From contig NC_043003.1 of NCBI RefSeq assembly GCF_006345805.1, positions 105,896,001 to 105,960,000 on the forward strand: 64,000 nt of DNA. Direction: 5' to 3'. The notes beneath the pieces are model-generated. The model searched no databases. It saw only the letters and a program-made list of their open reading frames with translations, and was not told where the DNA came from. Shown here in pieces: positions 48,620 through 62,129 of this stretch (positions are counted from its first letter, which is position 1; every line of letters begins with the position of its first letter). A program made the translations under genes and the position numbers. Origin of the DNA: Octopus sinensis. Lineage: Eukaryota.

Positions 48620-50404
48620 TGGTTTCCTTAGATTTTAGTGTTTCTCTTTATCCTTATCAGAAAGCTGCTTTATCTATATCTTGCATTAAAGCAAAGTACA
48701 CCCATATGTTGTGAAGCCACTTTGTAGTACAATACGCTCTGTGTTTCACATTAAACTAAGAACATCGGAAAGAAAGGTAAGGAAGCGGTTGAAACGGAAG
48801 TAGGATTCTCTCTGAAGTTACGAGTTCGAATTCTATCAGTGTCAGTTCTTGCCTTTTATTAATAAGTCTACCTTACACTTAGTTGATTGAATAAACTCTT
48901 GCCCAGGACTGGATATAAACCTTGTGGAACCCATGGCTCAATAGGTTTTGGCTCCAACGATTTTGCGTCGGTAATTTTCAACGGTTTTGGGAACAACGAG
49001 ATTGTGCATTACAAAATCAAATATAACTTTGAAAATAATTTAAATACGAAAAACATTTATAATTTCATATCAGTTTTGCATTTTCTAAATATTTTTTTTT
49101 GCATATTCCCTAACTTTAATGACTGCCATCGCTTTGCTTGTTTGTGACGATGTTGTCTTATTTATTTGTTTGGAAAATGTATTGCAGTTGGTTACCCTCT
49201 TATTATATTTGAACAAAAAAGGTGGCGAGCTGGCAGAAACGTTTACACGCCGGGCGAAATGCTTAGGAGCGTTTCGTCTGTCTTTACGTTCTGAGTTCAA
49301 ATCCCGCCGAGGTCGATTTGGCCTTTCATCCTTTCGGGGTCGATAAATTAAATACCAGTTGCGTACTGGGTCGATCTAATCGACTGGTCCCCTTCCCCAA
49401 AATTTGGGGCCTTCTGCCTAGGGTAGGAAAGATTACATTAGAAGAAAACAGAAGCATGTTCAAAGTATTTTTAAAAAGGCACAACTGAAACGGGTCCCAT
49501 CAAATGAAGGGTCTTTAAGCAGTTTGAAGAGGCCCCAAAACTTAAAAGGGTCTCGGTAGATTCAGAGGTGCTCAGTTAAATTTGATATTTTTTTTTTAAT
49601 CTGAAAGGTTCCAAATAAATTAAATGAGGCCTTAATAATTTAAAGAAAAACTTTAATGGATTTAAAAAAATTAAACAAGAAAAGAAATAACAAATTATTT
49701 ACCTGATTGCTGTAAACGTATATATTTTTTATCCTCTAGGCACAATGCCCGAAATTTTTGGGGAGGGTGCCAGTCGATTAGATCGACTCCAGTACGCAAC
49801 TGGTACTTAATTTATCGACCTAAAAGTATAAAAGGCAAAGTCGACCTCAGCAAAACACGAACTCAGAACGTAAAGACAGACGAAATATCACTAAGCGTTT
49901 CGACCGGCGTGTTAACGTGTATGCCAGTTCGCCGCCTTAAATTTATAATATGTTAAAACATCTTTAAGTATGCCAGATATTGTGTGTCTGAAGAACACAG
50001 ACTGTATCACACGTGTTATTCATTTGGGTTAAGCTTACTAATCAGGTTTTGTTATCATGACCTTCACCGGTTTCCTTAGATTTTAGTGTTTCTCTTTATC
50101 CTTATCAGACAGCTGCTTTATCTATATCTTGCATTAAAGCAAAGTACACCCATATGTTGTGAAGCCACTTTGTAGTACAATACGCTCTGTGTTTCACGTT
50201 AAACTAAGACTAGTTCGAATTCTATCAGTGTCAGTTCTTGCCTTTTATTAATAAGTCTACCTTACAAGTACTTGATTGAATAGACTCTTGCCCAGGACTG
50301 GATATAAACCTTGTGGAACCCATGGCTCAATAGGTTTTGGCTCCAACGATTTTGCGTCGGTAATTTTCAACGGCTTTGGGAACAACGAGATTGTGCATTA
50401 CAAA
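48620..50404 (+). repeat. Local direct duplication (48620-49015 vs 50088-50404)
   Basis: Near-identical blocks; the first copy has about 60 extra bp (ACATCGGAAAG...GTTACG). Confidence 0.85.
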
Positions 50405-51094
50405 AACAAACAAAAAACATTGTCTGTGGAGTACTCAGCCACTTTCACGTTAATTTCACGAGCTGGTTGTTCCCTTGATTGGATCAACTGGAACCCTCGT
50501 CGACGTAACCGACGGAGTGCTAGTTAATCGAATTACTGAGTTTTCATAGTCGAAACAAAACAACCAGCGATAATCTGGTTTTCTCGACAGCACTGCACTG
50601 ATTTAGTCGACCCCGAAAGAATGACAGGCAAAGTCGACCTCAGCGGAATTTGAACTCAGAGCGTAGCGGCAGACGAAATACCGCTAGGCATTTCGCATGG
50701 GGTGCCAACTCCAAGCTTTAGGCTTCTCTGAGTTAAAGGCACCTCCGATGCTTAGGACCCCCTAGGTCATGGTTCATATCGGTCCCTACATAAATCCGGC
50801 CCTGCTTTAGCTCCACCACTAATGCTATACGTGATATTGTTAGAGAATAAGGGTGATGGATATGGTCAAGTTGGAAACATGTTTTACTAAGGACACTAAA
50901 GGACTTCTTCCGATTCTGGGTTCAATTTCGTTGAGGTCGAATTGACTTTTAGAAGGAAAACATGTCAATGGTTTATTGAGGTCGAGGATAGGTTTACAGC
51001 TGGATGAAGACCTCAGTGCAGTGCTGTCGAGAAAACCAGATTATCGCTGGTTGTTTTGTTTCGACTATGAAAACTCAGTAATTCGATTAACTAA

Positions 51095-51416
51095 CACTCC
51101 GTCGGTTACGTCGACGAGGGTTCCAGTTGATCCAATCAAGGGAACAACCAGCTCGTGAAATTAACGTGAAAGTGGCTGAATACTCCACAGACAAGTGTAC
51201 CCTTAACGTGGTTCTCGAGGGAGATTCAGCGTGACACAGAATGTGAAAAGGGTGATCCTTTGAAATACAGGTATTACTCGTTTTTGCCAGCTGAGTGAAC
51301 TGGAGCAACATGAAATAAAGTGTCTTGCTTAAGGACACGACGCGTCGCCAGGAATCGAACTCACGACCTTACGATTGTGTGCTGAATACCCTAACCGCTT
51401 AGCCACGCGCCTTCAA
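51095..51416 (-). mobile_element. SINE with a family F-like head and a family E tail
   Basis: Minus-strand head GAAGGCGCGTGGCTAAGCGG...GTGTCCTTAAGCAAGACAC, tail GTAACCGACGGAGTG. Confidence 0.75.
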
Positions 51417-51733
51417 ATGAATTAATGTGGATGTTGTTGAGTATTCCACAGTCACACGCAAAGTAATTTAATCCTCGGGCATAATTAACGCGATACAAAG
51501 CATGGCAATGCTGGAGCATTCAATTACAATCCATCCAACAGTCTTCTGTACAGTTTCTACCGATTCATCTTCACCCACAAGATCTGGAGTGACTTGAGGC
51601 TATGGCAAAAGACGCTTGTCTCAGACGTCATGAATTAAAATCGAATTCACTCATCATGAGTCCATTTAGCTCTAAGTGCTACGAGAAGAAACAGTTCACC
51701 ACTAGAAGCAACGACTATTTGAGCTGCCTTTTC

Positions 51734-51993
51734 TATTGGGTTGCTGCATAATTATTGCGGGGATTTTTTTTCCGTCGAATTTTATTCAACAAAAACAATA
51801 ACAATATTTAACAAAACCATCTTTAAATGACGGTCAGACTGTCTGCCAAGCAAATGGGAAGCAGTAATTGAAGTAGATGGTGAATATGCTCCAGAATAAT
51901 CATTTAAAGATGTTTTTGATACGTGTTGTTATTATTTTTGCTGAATAAAATTTGTTGGAAAAAAAGTCGCAATAACTCTGCACCAAGCCAATA
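51734..51993. mobile_element. mariner-derived MITE
   Basis: TA-TTGGGTTGCTGCATAATTATTGCG / CGCAATAACTCTGCACCAAGCCAA-TA termini resemble Hsmar1/MADE TIRs; about 100-bp inverted arms; internal KWEAVIEVDGEY resembles a mariner C-terminus. Confidence 0.8.
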
Positions 51994-52322
51994 GGTTTAT
52001 TGAAAATGTCGACTCAGATGTAGTTTTCCATGTCATTTACGAAAATCCCAATTATATTTTGGTAAGATTTTAAGAATGGAATTTTTTTCTAATTTTAGAT
52101 TGTCAATTCTCGACATTCTCCCCAGCAGACGATGCTGTTTCTATATGTTCTAACACGAAACCACTTCCCATACAAGACCACAGTCATTCGAAACCACTTT
52201 GGGATTTGGGTTTAGGGTTAAGGATTAAGATTTATGGTTAGGAGTTAAGGTCTAGATCCAGAGTTTATGGCTTGGGTTAGAGTTTGTCGTGCATCGCAAA
52301 AATTCATGGCAAACAGAATTTT

Positions 52323-52706
52323 TTTGGAGTAAAGATAGTTTGCCAACATAACATGGCAATCCTGGTTTAGGACGAATATTGCTGTAATTTAGCCCCAGGA
52401 GACATCATCTCCAGCTGGCTATACGGCATGATCTGTGTCCTTATATTTTCGAACAAGGGAATCTAGCACCCCCACTCAGCTCAAAATAATATCTGTGTAT
52501 CGCGGAGAGAAATAACCCTGAAATCACGATACACTGATATTGATTTGAGCTGAGTGGGGGTGCTAGATTCCCTTGTTTGAAAATGTAAGGATACAGATTG
52601 TGTCGTATAGCCAGCTGGAGAAAATGTCTCCTGGGGCTAAATTACAGCAACGTTCGTCCTAAACCAGGATTACCATGTTATGTTGGCAAACAATCTTTAC
52701 TCCAAA
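52323..52706. mobile_element. Foldback element with about 180-bp arms and a 24-nt loop
   Basis: 52323-52502 pairs with 52527-52706; a diverged arm fragment occurs at about 1895-2010. Confidence 0.85.
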
Positions 52707-52863
52707 GTACTGTTGCTGAATATCTGTCGTTGTGAGATTTAAAAATAGTAATTTTCGGATAATTTTTTTTTCATTAAATATTTTCCTCTTCAAAGATTTT
52801 AAAATCTCTTCGTCATTAATTTCTCAGAGATCCTAAAAATGTCATACAATCAGCCATAGACAT

Positions 52864-53195
52864 GAAGGCGCATGGCTCAGTGGTTAGAGCATCGGGTTCA
52901 CAATCATAAAGTGGTGAGTTCAATTCCTGGACCGGGATGTGTGTTGTGTTCTTGAGCAAGACACTTCATTGCACATTGTTCAAGTTCACTCAGCTGTAGA
53001 AATGAGTTGCGACATCACTGGTGCCAAGCTGTATCGGGCCCCTTTGCTTTTCCCTTGGATAACATCTGTGGGGAGGTTGGTATGCTTGGGTGACTGCTAG
53101 TCTTCCATAAACAACCTTACCCAGACTTGTGCCTCGGAGGGGAACTTCCTAGGTGCAATCTCATGGTCATTCATGACTGAAGGGAGTCTTTATCA
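52864..53195 (+). mobile_element. SINE family F, full length
   Basis: GAAGGCGCATGGCTCAGTGG A-box, GAGTTCAATTCC B-box, GTGTTCTTGAGCAAGACACTT core. Confidence 0.85.
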
Positions 53196-54007
53196 TTTTA
53201 CCCTTTCTAAGCCATAGACGCAAGACCTACAATATTTACTACAAACAGTAGATTGTATGCCGCCTGGGACAGCTCTTGAGTTTGCCATCCCCATCGTGCC
53301 CCAATACAAGCTTATACAGAAGACCCAGAAGCACTGCCACTATAAAAGAATCTCTCGGGGCAGGTTGTCCCCTCGCCCATTCGCCCCGTATCTAGCTATG
53401 CTACTACAAACAAATACTCAGGAATATTTCCCAATGAAAAATATCAAGTGTAAATTTTGTTACATTTTTGAAAAAATTGCTATACTCTTAAAAAGGATAG
53501 GGTTCACGAAAGAAGAGGCCAAGAGTTCGATGGTTCGTTTCCCATCCTTGGTGCTGCGGTGTTATCCTGGTTAAGAAAATTGGCATCAGCGACAAGGTTT
53601 ATAACGAGCTTTAATCAACTGGCTAATGGTTTAGAAATTAATTTCCCATTGTGAACGGTGGCAGCATTGTGGATTTAATGAATGTTTTGATTAAGTCTCA
53701 ACCTGGGCCCTTCCTCTGCATATAAAGTTATCAGCGATAGAGCAACGTCCTACAATCTAACTTGAATATATATTATCAATCGGCCGCGGAATGTTACTGT
53801 ACACTCGGGATAAGAAGAGAACAGATTCACATTTATTGTGATAAGGGAGAAGAAGAGGTGGAGGTGGGGATCCAGTTGATACCAGTAGCGAAGCTGAGGG
53901 TGGGGACGAGGAGACTGTACGCCCCTGGCAACACTTGAATGAGGGTGGCATTTTTGAGTTTGCTGTATAAGCATGGGGACCAAGCGAGGGAGTAAATTCA
54001 AGGGCTG

Positions 54008-55313
<1,306 letters not shown>

Positions 55314-55589
55314 TATTTAATAAAATGCCTTTATTTATTTCTATGTTTGTTTCATTAATAAACATTAATGAATGGTGAGTGATTGGAACTGTGGAACAGT
55401 GGAACCTTTGTGTGTTTCGTTACGTCTTGAGGTTAATTCTGCATTTTGTTTCATCTCTCGGATCGATAAAATATAAGCAACAGTGAAATCCCCGGAATCT
55501 CGAATTATGTATCTTCGTGCCACGCCAGAATTAATAAATATGCATTAAACCGTGCATGTGTTTATGTAGACAGGTGTGTCGACTTGTGA

Positions 55590-56010
55590 CTCTCCATGTT
55601 AAAACGCAATTTAGTAATTCGATATGCATATATCCGAAGAGTAGGATTGCGAATACAAGCGGCTGAAAAGAGGTACCTCCGAACGATCTCTGGGGTAACG
55701 TTAATTGACAGGGTGCGTAATTCGGAGATAAAGGAGTCTCTCCAAGTCAAGCCCCTATTTCTCTGCATTGAGAGGCCCCCAACTTCAGAAATATGTACAT
55801 GTGGTTAGACTGCTGCAGGAAAAAATCACAAGACGGATTTTTCAAGCTGGGTGAACCGGCAGAAGACCCAGAGGTGGGACAAAAACGGGATGGTTGGATA
55901 ACATCCATAATTGCAGTCCGTCTGTCGGAAAGTTTAATGACAGTTGCTTCTGAGAGGACCCTACGGAAGAGGTGCCTGAGGACTCTAACGCCTCGACCCT
56001 CCCAAGAATA
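55590..56010 (+). mobile_element. RTE-clade LINE 3' fragment
   Basis: Translates RIQAAEKRYLRTISGVTLIDRVRNSEIKESLQVKPL.L.IER. Confidence 0.8.
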
Positions 56011-56207
56011 GTCGACGGAGAAAATCGATAGAAGTAGCTATTGATAATATATGCTACCAGATTGATTGAAATCAATATAATCGATTAAAACCGTTGGAAG
56101 CAGTAGTGACCCCCACCCAGTATAAATCTTAATTCGATGAATGGAATCAGTTAAAGAAATACAATTATCAAACTGAAATTAACAGACAATTATTCGTGGC
56201 ACTCCGT

Positions 56208-56577
56208 CGGTTACGACGACGAGGGTCCCAGTTGATCTGATCAACGGAATAGCTTGCTCATGAAATTAATATGTAAGTGGCTGAGTACTCCACAGGCACG
56301 TGTACCAATAACGTAATTCTCAGAGAGATTCAGCATGAGACACAGTGTGACAAGGCTGGCCCTTTGAAATAAGGTACAACAGAAACAGGAAGAAAGAGTG
56401 AGAGAAAGTTTTTGTGAAAGAGTACAGCAGGGTTCGCCACCAACCCCTGCTGGAGCCTCGTGGATCTTTTTAGGTGTTTACGCTCAATAAACACTTACAA
56501 TGTCCGGTCTGGGAATCGAAACCGCGTTTTTACGACTGCGACGTCGCCGCCCTAACTACTGGACCATTGCGCCTCCA
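56208..56577 (-). mobile_element. SINE family E
   Basis: Reverse copy of the 32160-32541 consensus. Confidence 0.88.
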
Positions 56578-56589
56578 CAACAGATAATT

Positions 56590-57372
56590 CTTTTCTACTC
56601 TAGGCACAAAGCCCGGAATATTTGGAGAGGGGGTCAATAGATTAGATTGACCCCAGTACGCAACAAGTACAGACAAACGTAACTGGTACTTATTTAATCG
56701 ACCCCGAAAGGATGAAAGGCAAAGTCGACCTCGGCGGAATTTGAACTCAGAACGTAACGGCAGGCAAAATACCTATTTCTTTAATACCCACAAGGGGCTA
56801 AACACAGGGAGGACAAACAAGGACAGATAAACGGATTAAGTCGATTATATCAACCCCAGTGCGTAACTGGTACTTATTTAATCGACCCCGAAAGGATGAA
56901 AAGCAAAGTCGACCTCGGCGGAATTTGAACTCAGAACGTAACGACAGACGAAATACTTATTTCTTTACTACCCACAAGGGGCTAAACACAGGGAGGACAA
57001 ACAAGGACAGATAAACGGATTAAGTCGATTATATCAACCCCAGTGCGTAACTGGTACTTATTTAATCGACCCCGAAAGGATAAAAGGCAAAGTCGACCTC
57101 GGCGGAATTTGAACTCAGAACGTAACGACAGACGAAATACTTATTTCTTTACTACCCACAAGGGGCTAAACACAGGGAGGACAAACAAGGACAGATAAAC
57201 GGATTAAGTCGATTATATTGACCCCAGTGCGTAACTGGTACTTAATTTATCGACCCCGAAAGGATGAAAGGCAAAGTCGACCTCGGCGGAATTTTAACTC
57301 AGAACGTAACGGCAGAGGAAATGCAGCTAAGCATTTCGCCCGGCGTGCTAACGATTCTGCCAGCTCGCCGCC
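56590..57372 (-). mobile_element. SINE family B tetramer-like array (184-bp period)
   Basis: GTAACTGG at 56679, 56863, 57047 and 57231; one head at 57372; TSD AACAGATAATT at 56579 and 57380. Confidence 0.92.
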
Positions 57373-58162
57373 TTCCCATAACAGATAATTAACAGCACCC
57401 ATGTCGATTGTAAGTTTGCTGGTTTTGTCGTATTTTTATTTTTGTCAATGAAGTGCGAAAGAGAAATGTGAAAAATTGTGTCTTACCGTTTTGCCTTTCT
57501 CAATGGTAAAGATTCTCCTTTGTTTGTTGAAGTTTGATTTGTTCGTTCTTTTAGAAAAAAAAATTGTAAAACTGTATTTGTCAAGGATTACAAACTGAAT
57601 TAGTTGATGGTCTGTTGAAAAGGTACGTATGCAATCGTTGGCGCACATAGACGCATATAACACTCACGAACTATTTCACACACACTCACCCTCACAATCA
57701 CAGAGACTATTTCACACTCACATAAAGTATTTTCACATAACTACCCAGACCTCTCTCTCCCCCTTTCTCCCTTTCTGTCATATACTCTCTATTTTTAATC
57801 TTACTTCTCTCCTTCCTCTCACTGCTCCTACTTTATCCAATATCAGTCAGACTGATTAAAAAGAAAAAAAAGAAGAAAACTGAAAAGAAAAGAGAGAGTT
57901 AAATTTCGGTTGAATCAACTGAAAAAAACTCACAACATTCTCTGACAACAATTGTGATAACAGAGAAGAGAATATTTCTCGTCTCGTTCACCCGTTTTAC
58001 TTATTTATTTTATTTGTTTATTTACATATTTTATATATTTATTTAATCTATTTATTTTTATGTTATTTATGTATTTATTTACTTATCGAGTTTGTGTGTC
58101 CTTGTGAAAAAGTAAAATACTTAAAGCTATAATTTCTACTTTACGCTTTTATAATTTATATA

Positions 58163-58228
<66 letters not shown>

Positions 58229-58431
58229 GCTGTATATTTGTGAAAAGGGCAGAAGTTGTCTCACAAGCAGTTGTGCAGGTATAAGTGTTAGTAAATGTGG
58301 TCAGATTGACCTGAAAGTTTGCACATCTATGTTAAAAGTGGTGGGGAGTTTGCTCAATTGAAAGGAGCAAAATTCCTCATCTTTATAATGTGGCCCGAGT
58401 AGACCAGAATGAAATCGGGTTCTAATACTAG

Positions 58432-58475
<44 letters not shown>

Positions 58476-58479
<4 letters not shown>

Positions 58480-58727
58480 TAAATAAAACATATGCATATA
58501 TATATATACATATATGTACCTACCTACCTCTACATGTATATATACACGCATATATGAGTACAGGACACCAAAAAAACGTCGAACACAATGAGAAACGAAA
58601 ACATAGACACAAACCCTAATTTTTTTAAACAACAAAAAAATAGAGTACAGGACAATTAACACAAAGAAAAAAACCCTTCTTCAGTCGCCATGGTTTCATC
58701 TACTCTACGTTTCGAAGGTGAAGGCGA
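58476..58727 (-). mobile_element. Second copy of the 43.6-43.9 kb PLE-like terminal repeat, including most of the rearranged HHR
   Basis: Reverse-complement homology to 43648-43907; homology stops at TCGCC (58727). Confidence 0.8.
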
Positions 58728-58737
58728 TATATATATA

Positions 58738-61509
58738 TGTAACAAACTTAGTGTGGGTGTGAGTGAATATCTACTCTTGTACTTTCGGGGTACAAGAAAG
58801 CAATCACTTTCACTAGCCGTTGCTTTAATAATCCAGAATTCTACTAGTCAGAAACAACAAGACGCAGACGTAAAATATATATATACTACTTTATTCTCTT
58901 TCTTGGTAACAATAACAATAAGTGTGTTATCTGATGTCCTTGGTTCTGGGCGCGCAAGGCTGAAAGTTAATCGATTGTAATATTTACAAAATTCAGCCGC
59001 AAAAACAGAACGGGTTCAAGATGGCGTCGAACAATGGAGACGATGTTGGTCTGCAACAATTTTGGTTAAAGGCCTTTTGGTAAGGACTGCTAGAAGCAAG
59101 TTCGAACGGAGAGAAAATATGCGTGACCGTTGCCTTCGATAGCCATGTCTCAAAGTCCCCGCTGCTGCTGCCAGCGGTCAAACGTTCTACGGCCCCCTTG
59201 CCTCGCTAACTGCTACGTAGGCAATAGGGTTCTTCTTCCGGTGCTTCGCGCATGCGCGAGAGGGCCCTTCCTCTCACTTGGTGAAGGCACCAACACACGC
59301 GAAATACAAATGGACGGTGCGCGAGCGCGCACCGCTATAGGGTCACTACAAGGCTCCCCTCCAGTGCGTACGCACGAAAGGAAACTTATTGTAGTGACTG
59401 CAAAACTCAAGGTGGACACCAGATAACCAAATAGCACACAATAATATAATGGCAAAATTTATAACATACACAAGAAATTTACTAAAGGAAAAAGAGAAAA
59501 AATACTCAATGAGCAAAATCAAGAGTGCATGCATGAAAGTGTATACGTCACAAAAGTATAAACCCTTCCGCTGTAGGAAGCGGAGGGAAAGCAAAACTCA
59601 CAGTCAATGAACCTAGGCGAAATTAAATCCAACTTCTCTAAAGGTGGTTAATCCTGCAAAATAGCAGTTAAATCAATTGCTGCAGGAGAGGAAATGGAAT
59701 TGGCAGAAGCTCGCTAGTAACACAAAAGGCAAAAGTGCAAACATGCTGGTGTGATGCGCGACACAGATAATTTTCTGTTAATTACGTGACCAACAGTGGT
59801 CTAACAGGGAAAAATAATTACGCCTAAACATGGCGCAGCGCATGTGAACATCCGACGTCCTATGAGTCGGGAAAAGAATTAAGCTAGCGCAAACGTGTTG
59901 CAAAAAACAAGGCAATACACGTGCGAAGCAAAAGGCGCATGAAATGCAATAGAGCTTGCCAGACCGAAAAACAGCAAGAATATGCCAGTGGTTGAGCGAT
60001 TATATGCCTCGTTCGTACAGGAACAAAGGTATGGCATGCTGGCGCGTTATAATGGACAAACAACCCTCTCTATGTATACGTGACCGACCTAGGGTCTATA
60101 GAAATGAGGGGTGTCCACAAAAGGCAAATTTAGCATGGAAAAAAAAACAAGCGAGAAAAGCATGTGTGACGTATGTATGTGAGAGAGAGCATTTATGTGT
60201 GTGTACGTGTGAGCGACAAGAATACATACAAGGTGAATGCGAGCAAAATATAAAAACAGCGCATAGAAAAAATGTCTCTCAAGGCTATTCCAGACAAGAG
60301 TTATTTTACCAGTCTCTAATAGCCTGATGCACAATAGCAGTTCGTTCTGTAACAGAATGTTGAGATCACAAATGCAGATGCCGATTAAACACATATCGTG
60401 TAGCGGTTGTGGCTTCAATGCTGTGACAGGTTAACTAGAACAGAAGAAATCTCGTAGTGCTGGGCTGTGAATTCTTGGTGTGCTAATGCACAAACGGCAA
60501 GTGGACCAAACTTCCGCGAGTTGCTATGTACATCTTGGTGGAGGTCGACGGTGTTGAAAGGCGACGTTGGTGGTGGAAGGCGACTGTAGTGGACTTGAGA
60601 CAACATCGTTCTTAGTGATGATGGCGACGAAGATAGCGACGACGTGAAGTAGTAAGACGACGATGACGATGACGAAGGTGGAGAAAAGGCATCGAATATA
60701 TGCTGGCGTTCGTCATCATGGCTGTAGAATAAGAAAGAGGCTCCTTCTACAACTGTTTGTAGTGGCCGGAAACAAATCGTCGAAAGAAGATGCGTAGAGT
60801 TAAATCGTGTTCCGACTTCGCAGAAAAACTGGATGTTTTTTTTTGTTGATAAGTGATCTCTGGTTTTAGACCAGAATCACGTCGGGAGGTCACCACTGTA
60901 ACAAACTTAGTGTGGGTGTGAGTGAATATCTACTCTTGTACTTTCGGGGTACAAGAAAGCAATCACTTTCACTAGCCGTTGCTTTAATAATCCAGAATTC
61001 TACTAGTCAGAAACAACAAGACGCAGACGTAAAATATATATATACTACTTTATTCTCTTTCTTGGTAACAATAACGATAAGTGTGTTATCTGATGTCCTT
61101 GGTTCTGGGCGCGCAAGGCTGAAAGTTAATCGATTGTAATATTTACAAAATTCAGCCGCAAAAACAGAACGGGTTCAAGATGGCGTCGAACAATGGAGAC
61201 GATGTTGGTCTGCAACAATTTTGGTTAAAGGCCTTTTGGTAAGGACTGCTAGAAGCAAGTTCGAACGGAGAGAAAATATGCGTGACCGTTGCCTTCGATA
61301 GCCATGTCTCAAAGTCCCCGCTGCTGCTGCCAGCGGTCAAACGTTCTACGGCCCCCTTGCCTCGCTAACTGCTACGTAGGCAATAGGGTTCTTCTTCCGG
61401 TGCTTCGCGCATGCGCGAGAGGGCCCTTCCTCTCACTTGGTGAAGGCACCAACACGCGCGAAATACAAATGGACGGTGCGCGAGCGCGCACCGCTATAGG
61501 GTCACTACA
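58738..61509 (-). mobile_element. Non-autonomous Gypsy-type (CsRn1-like) LTR retrotransposon
   Basis: 613-bp TG...CA LTRs (58738-59350, 60897-61509) with 2 differences; ATATA TSD; tRNA-Trp PBS TGGTGACCTCCCGACGTGATT (60895-60875); PPT CTGGAGGGGAGCCT (59364-59351); no pol. Confidence 0.92.
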
Positions 61510-62129
61510 ATATATATCGTTATGGTATATTCTGTTAAGAACGTAGTAGAGTACAGTATAAAGCTCGTCCACTTTCAGGTTTCAGCCTCTGCTATCCAAT
61601 TGAAGTATTATGCGCACTTCCAGGTTTGCATTTGGGCATCTGTCTTGTGAGAATAGATAATTGAAAAAATTTGGGGTCAACAAGAAGGGATACGGTTGGC
61701 TATTTTTTAATCACTGCAGTTGTTTCCACGCAACACAGTTCTCCAGGTGTGCAGGTACTTGATTATGCAACTGTTTCCCTGCATCATGAGATCTAGTTGT
61801 GTCTCTTCAAGCAATATGTAAACATTGTCTCCGTAAGTTTAAAATCATCGATTTCAAGGACATCCTCTCTGTTTTGGCCTGAATTTAGTAGGGGTCACTG
61901 ACCTTATCAGGGTTTGTTGTTGCTGAAGGGTTGTTGTTGGCAAACTGCTTTGAATGTGGGGTGGTGAGTCTGGGACTGTGAAAGTGGTTGCCATTTTAAA
62001 GGGATTGGCATTTTATTTCTTTGTACTGCTGATTTGTTCTTCCCATGGGATTTTTCTTAGCTAACCTTTAAGAGTCGACGCTCGAACACACACGACGCAC
62101 ACACACAGGCACACACACTCATATATATA

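Noticed and set aside
56640-57372. Regular repeats as a CRISPR-like array
   Set aside because: The units are full 184-bp SINE bodies with no unique spacers, in a eukaryotic context.
61515-62060. Possible LINE ORF1 remnant on the minus strand
   Set aside because: Multiple stops and no diagnostic motif I can name, so it is left uncalled.
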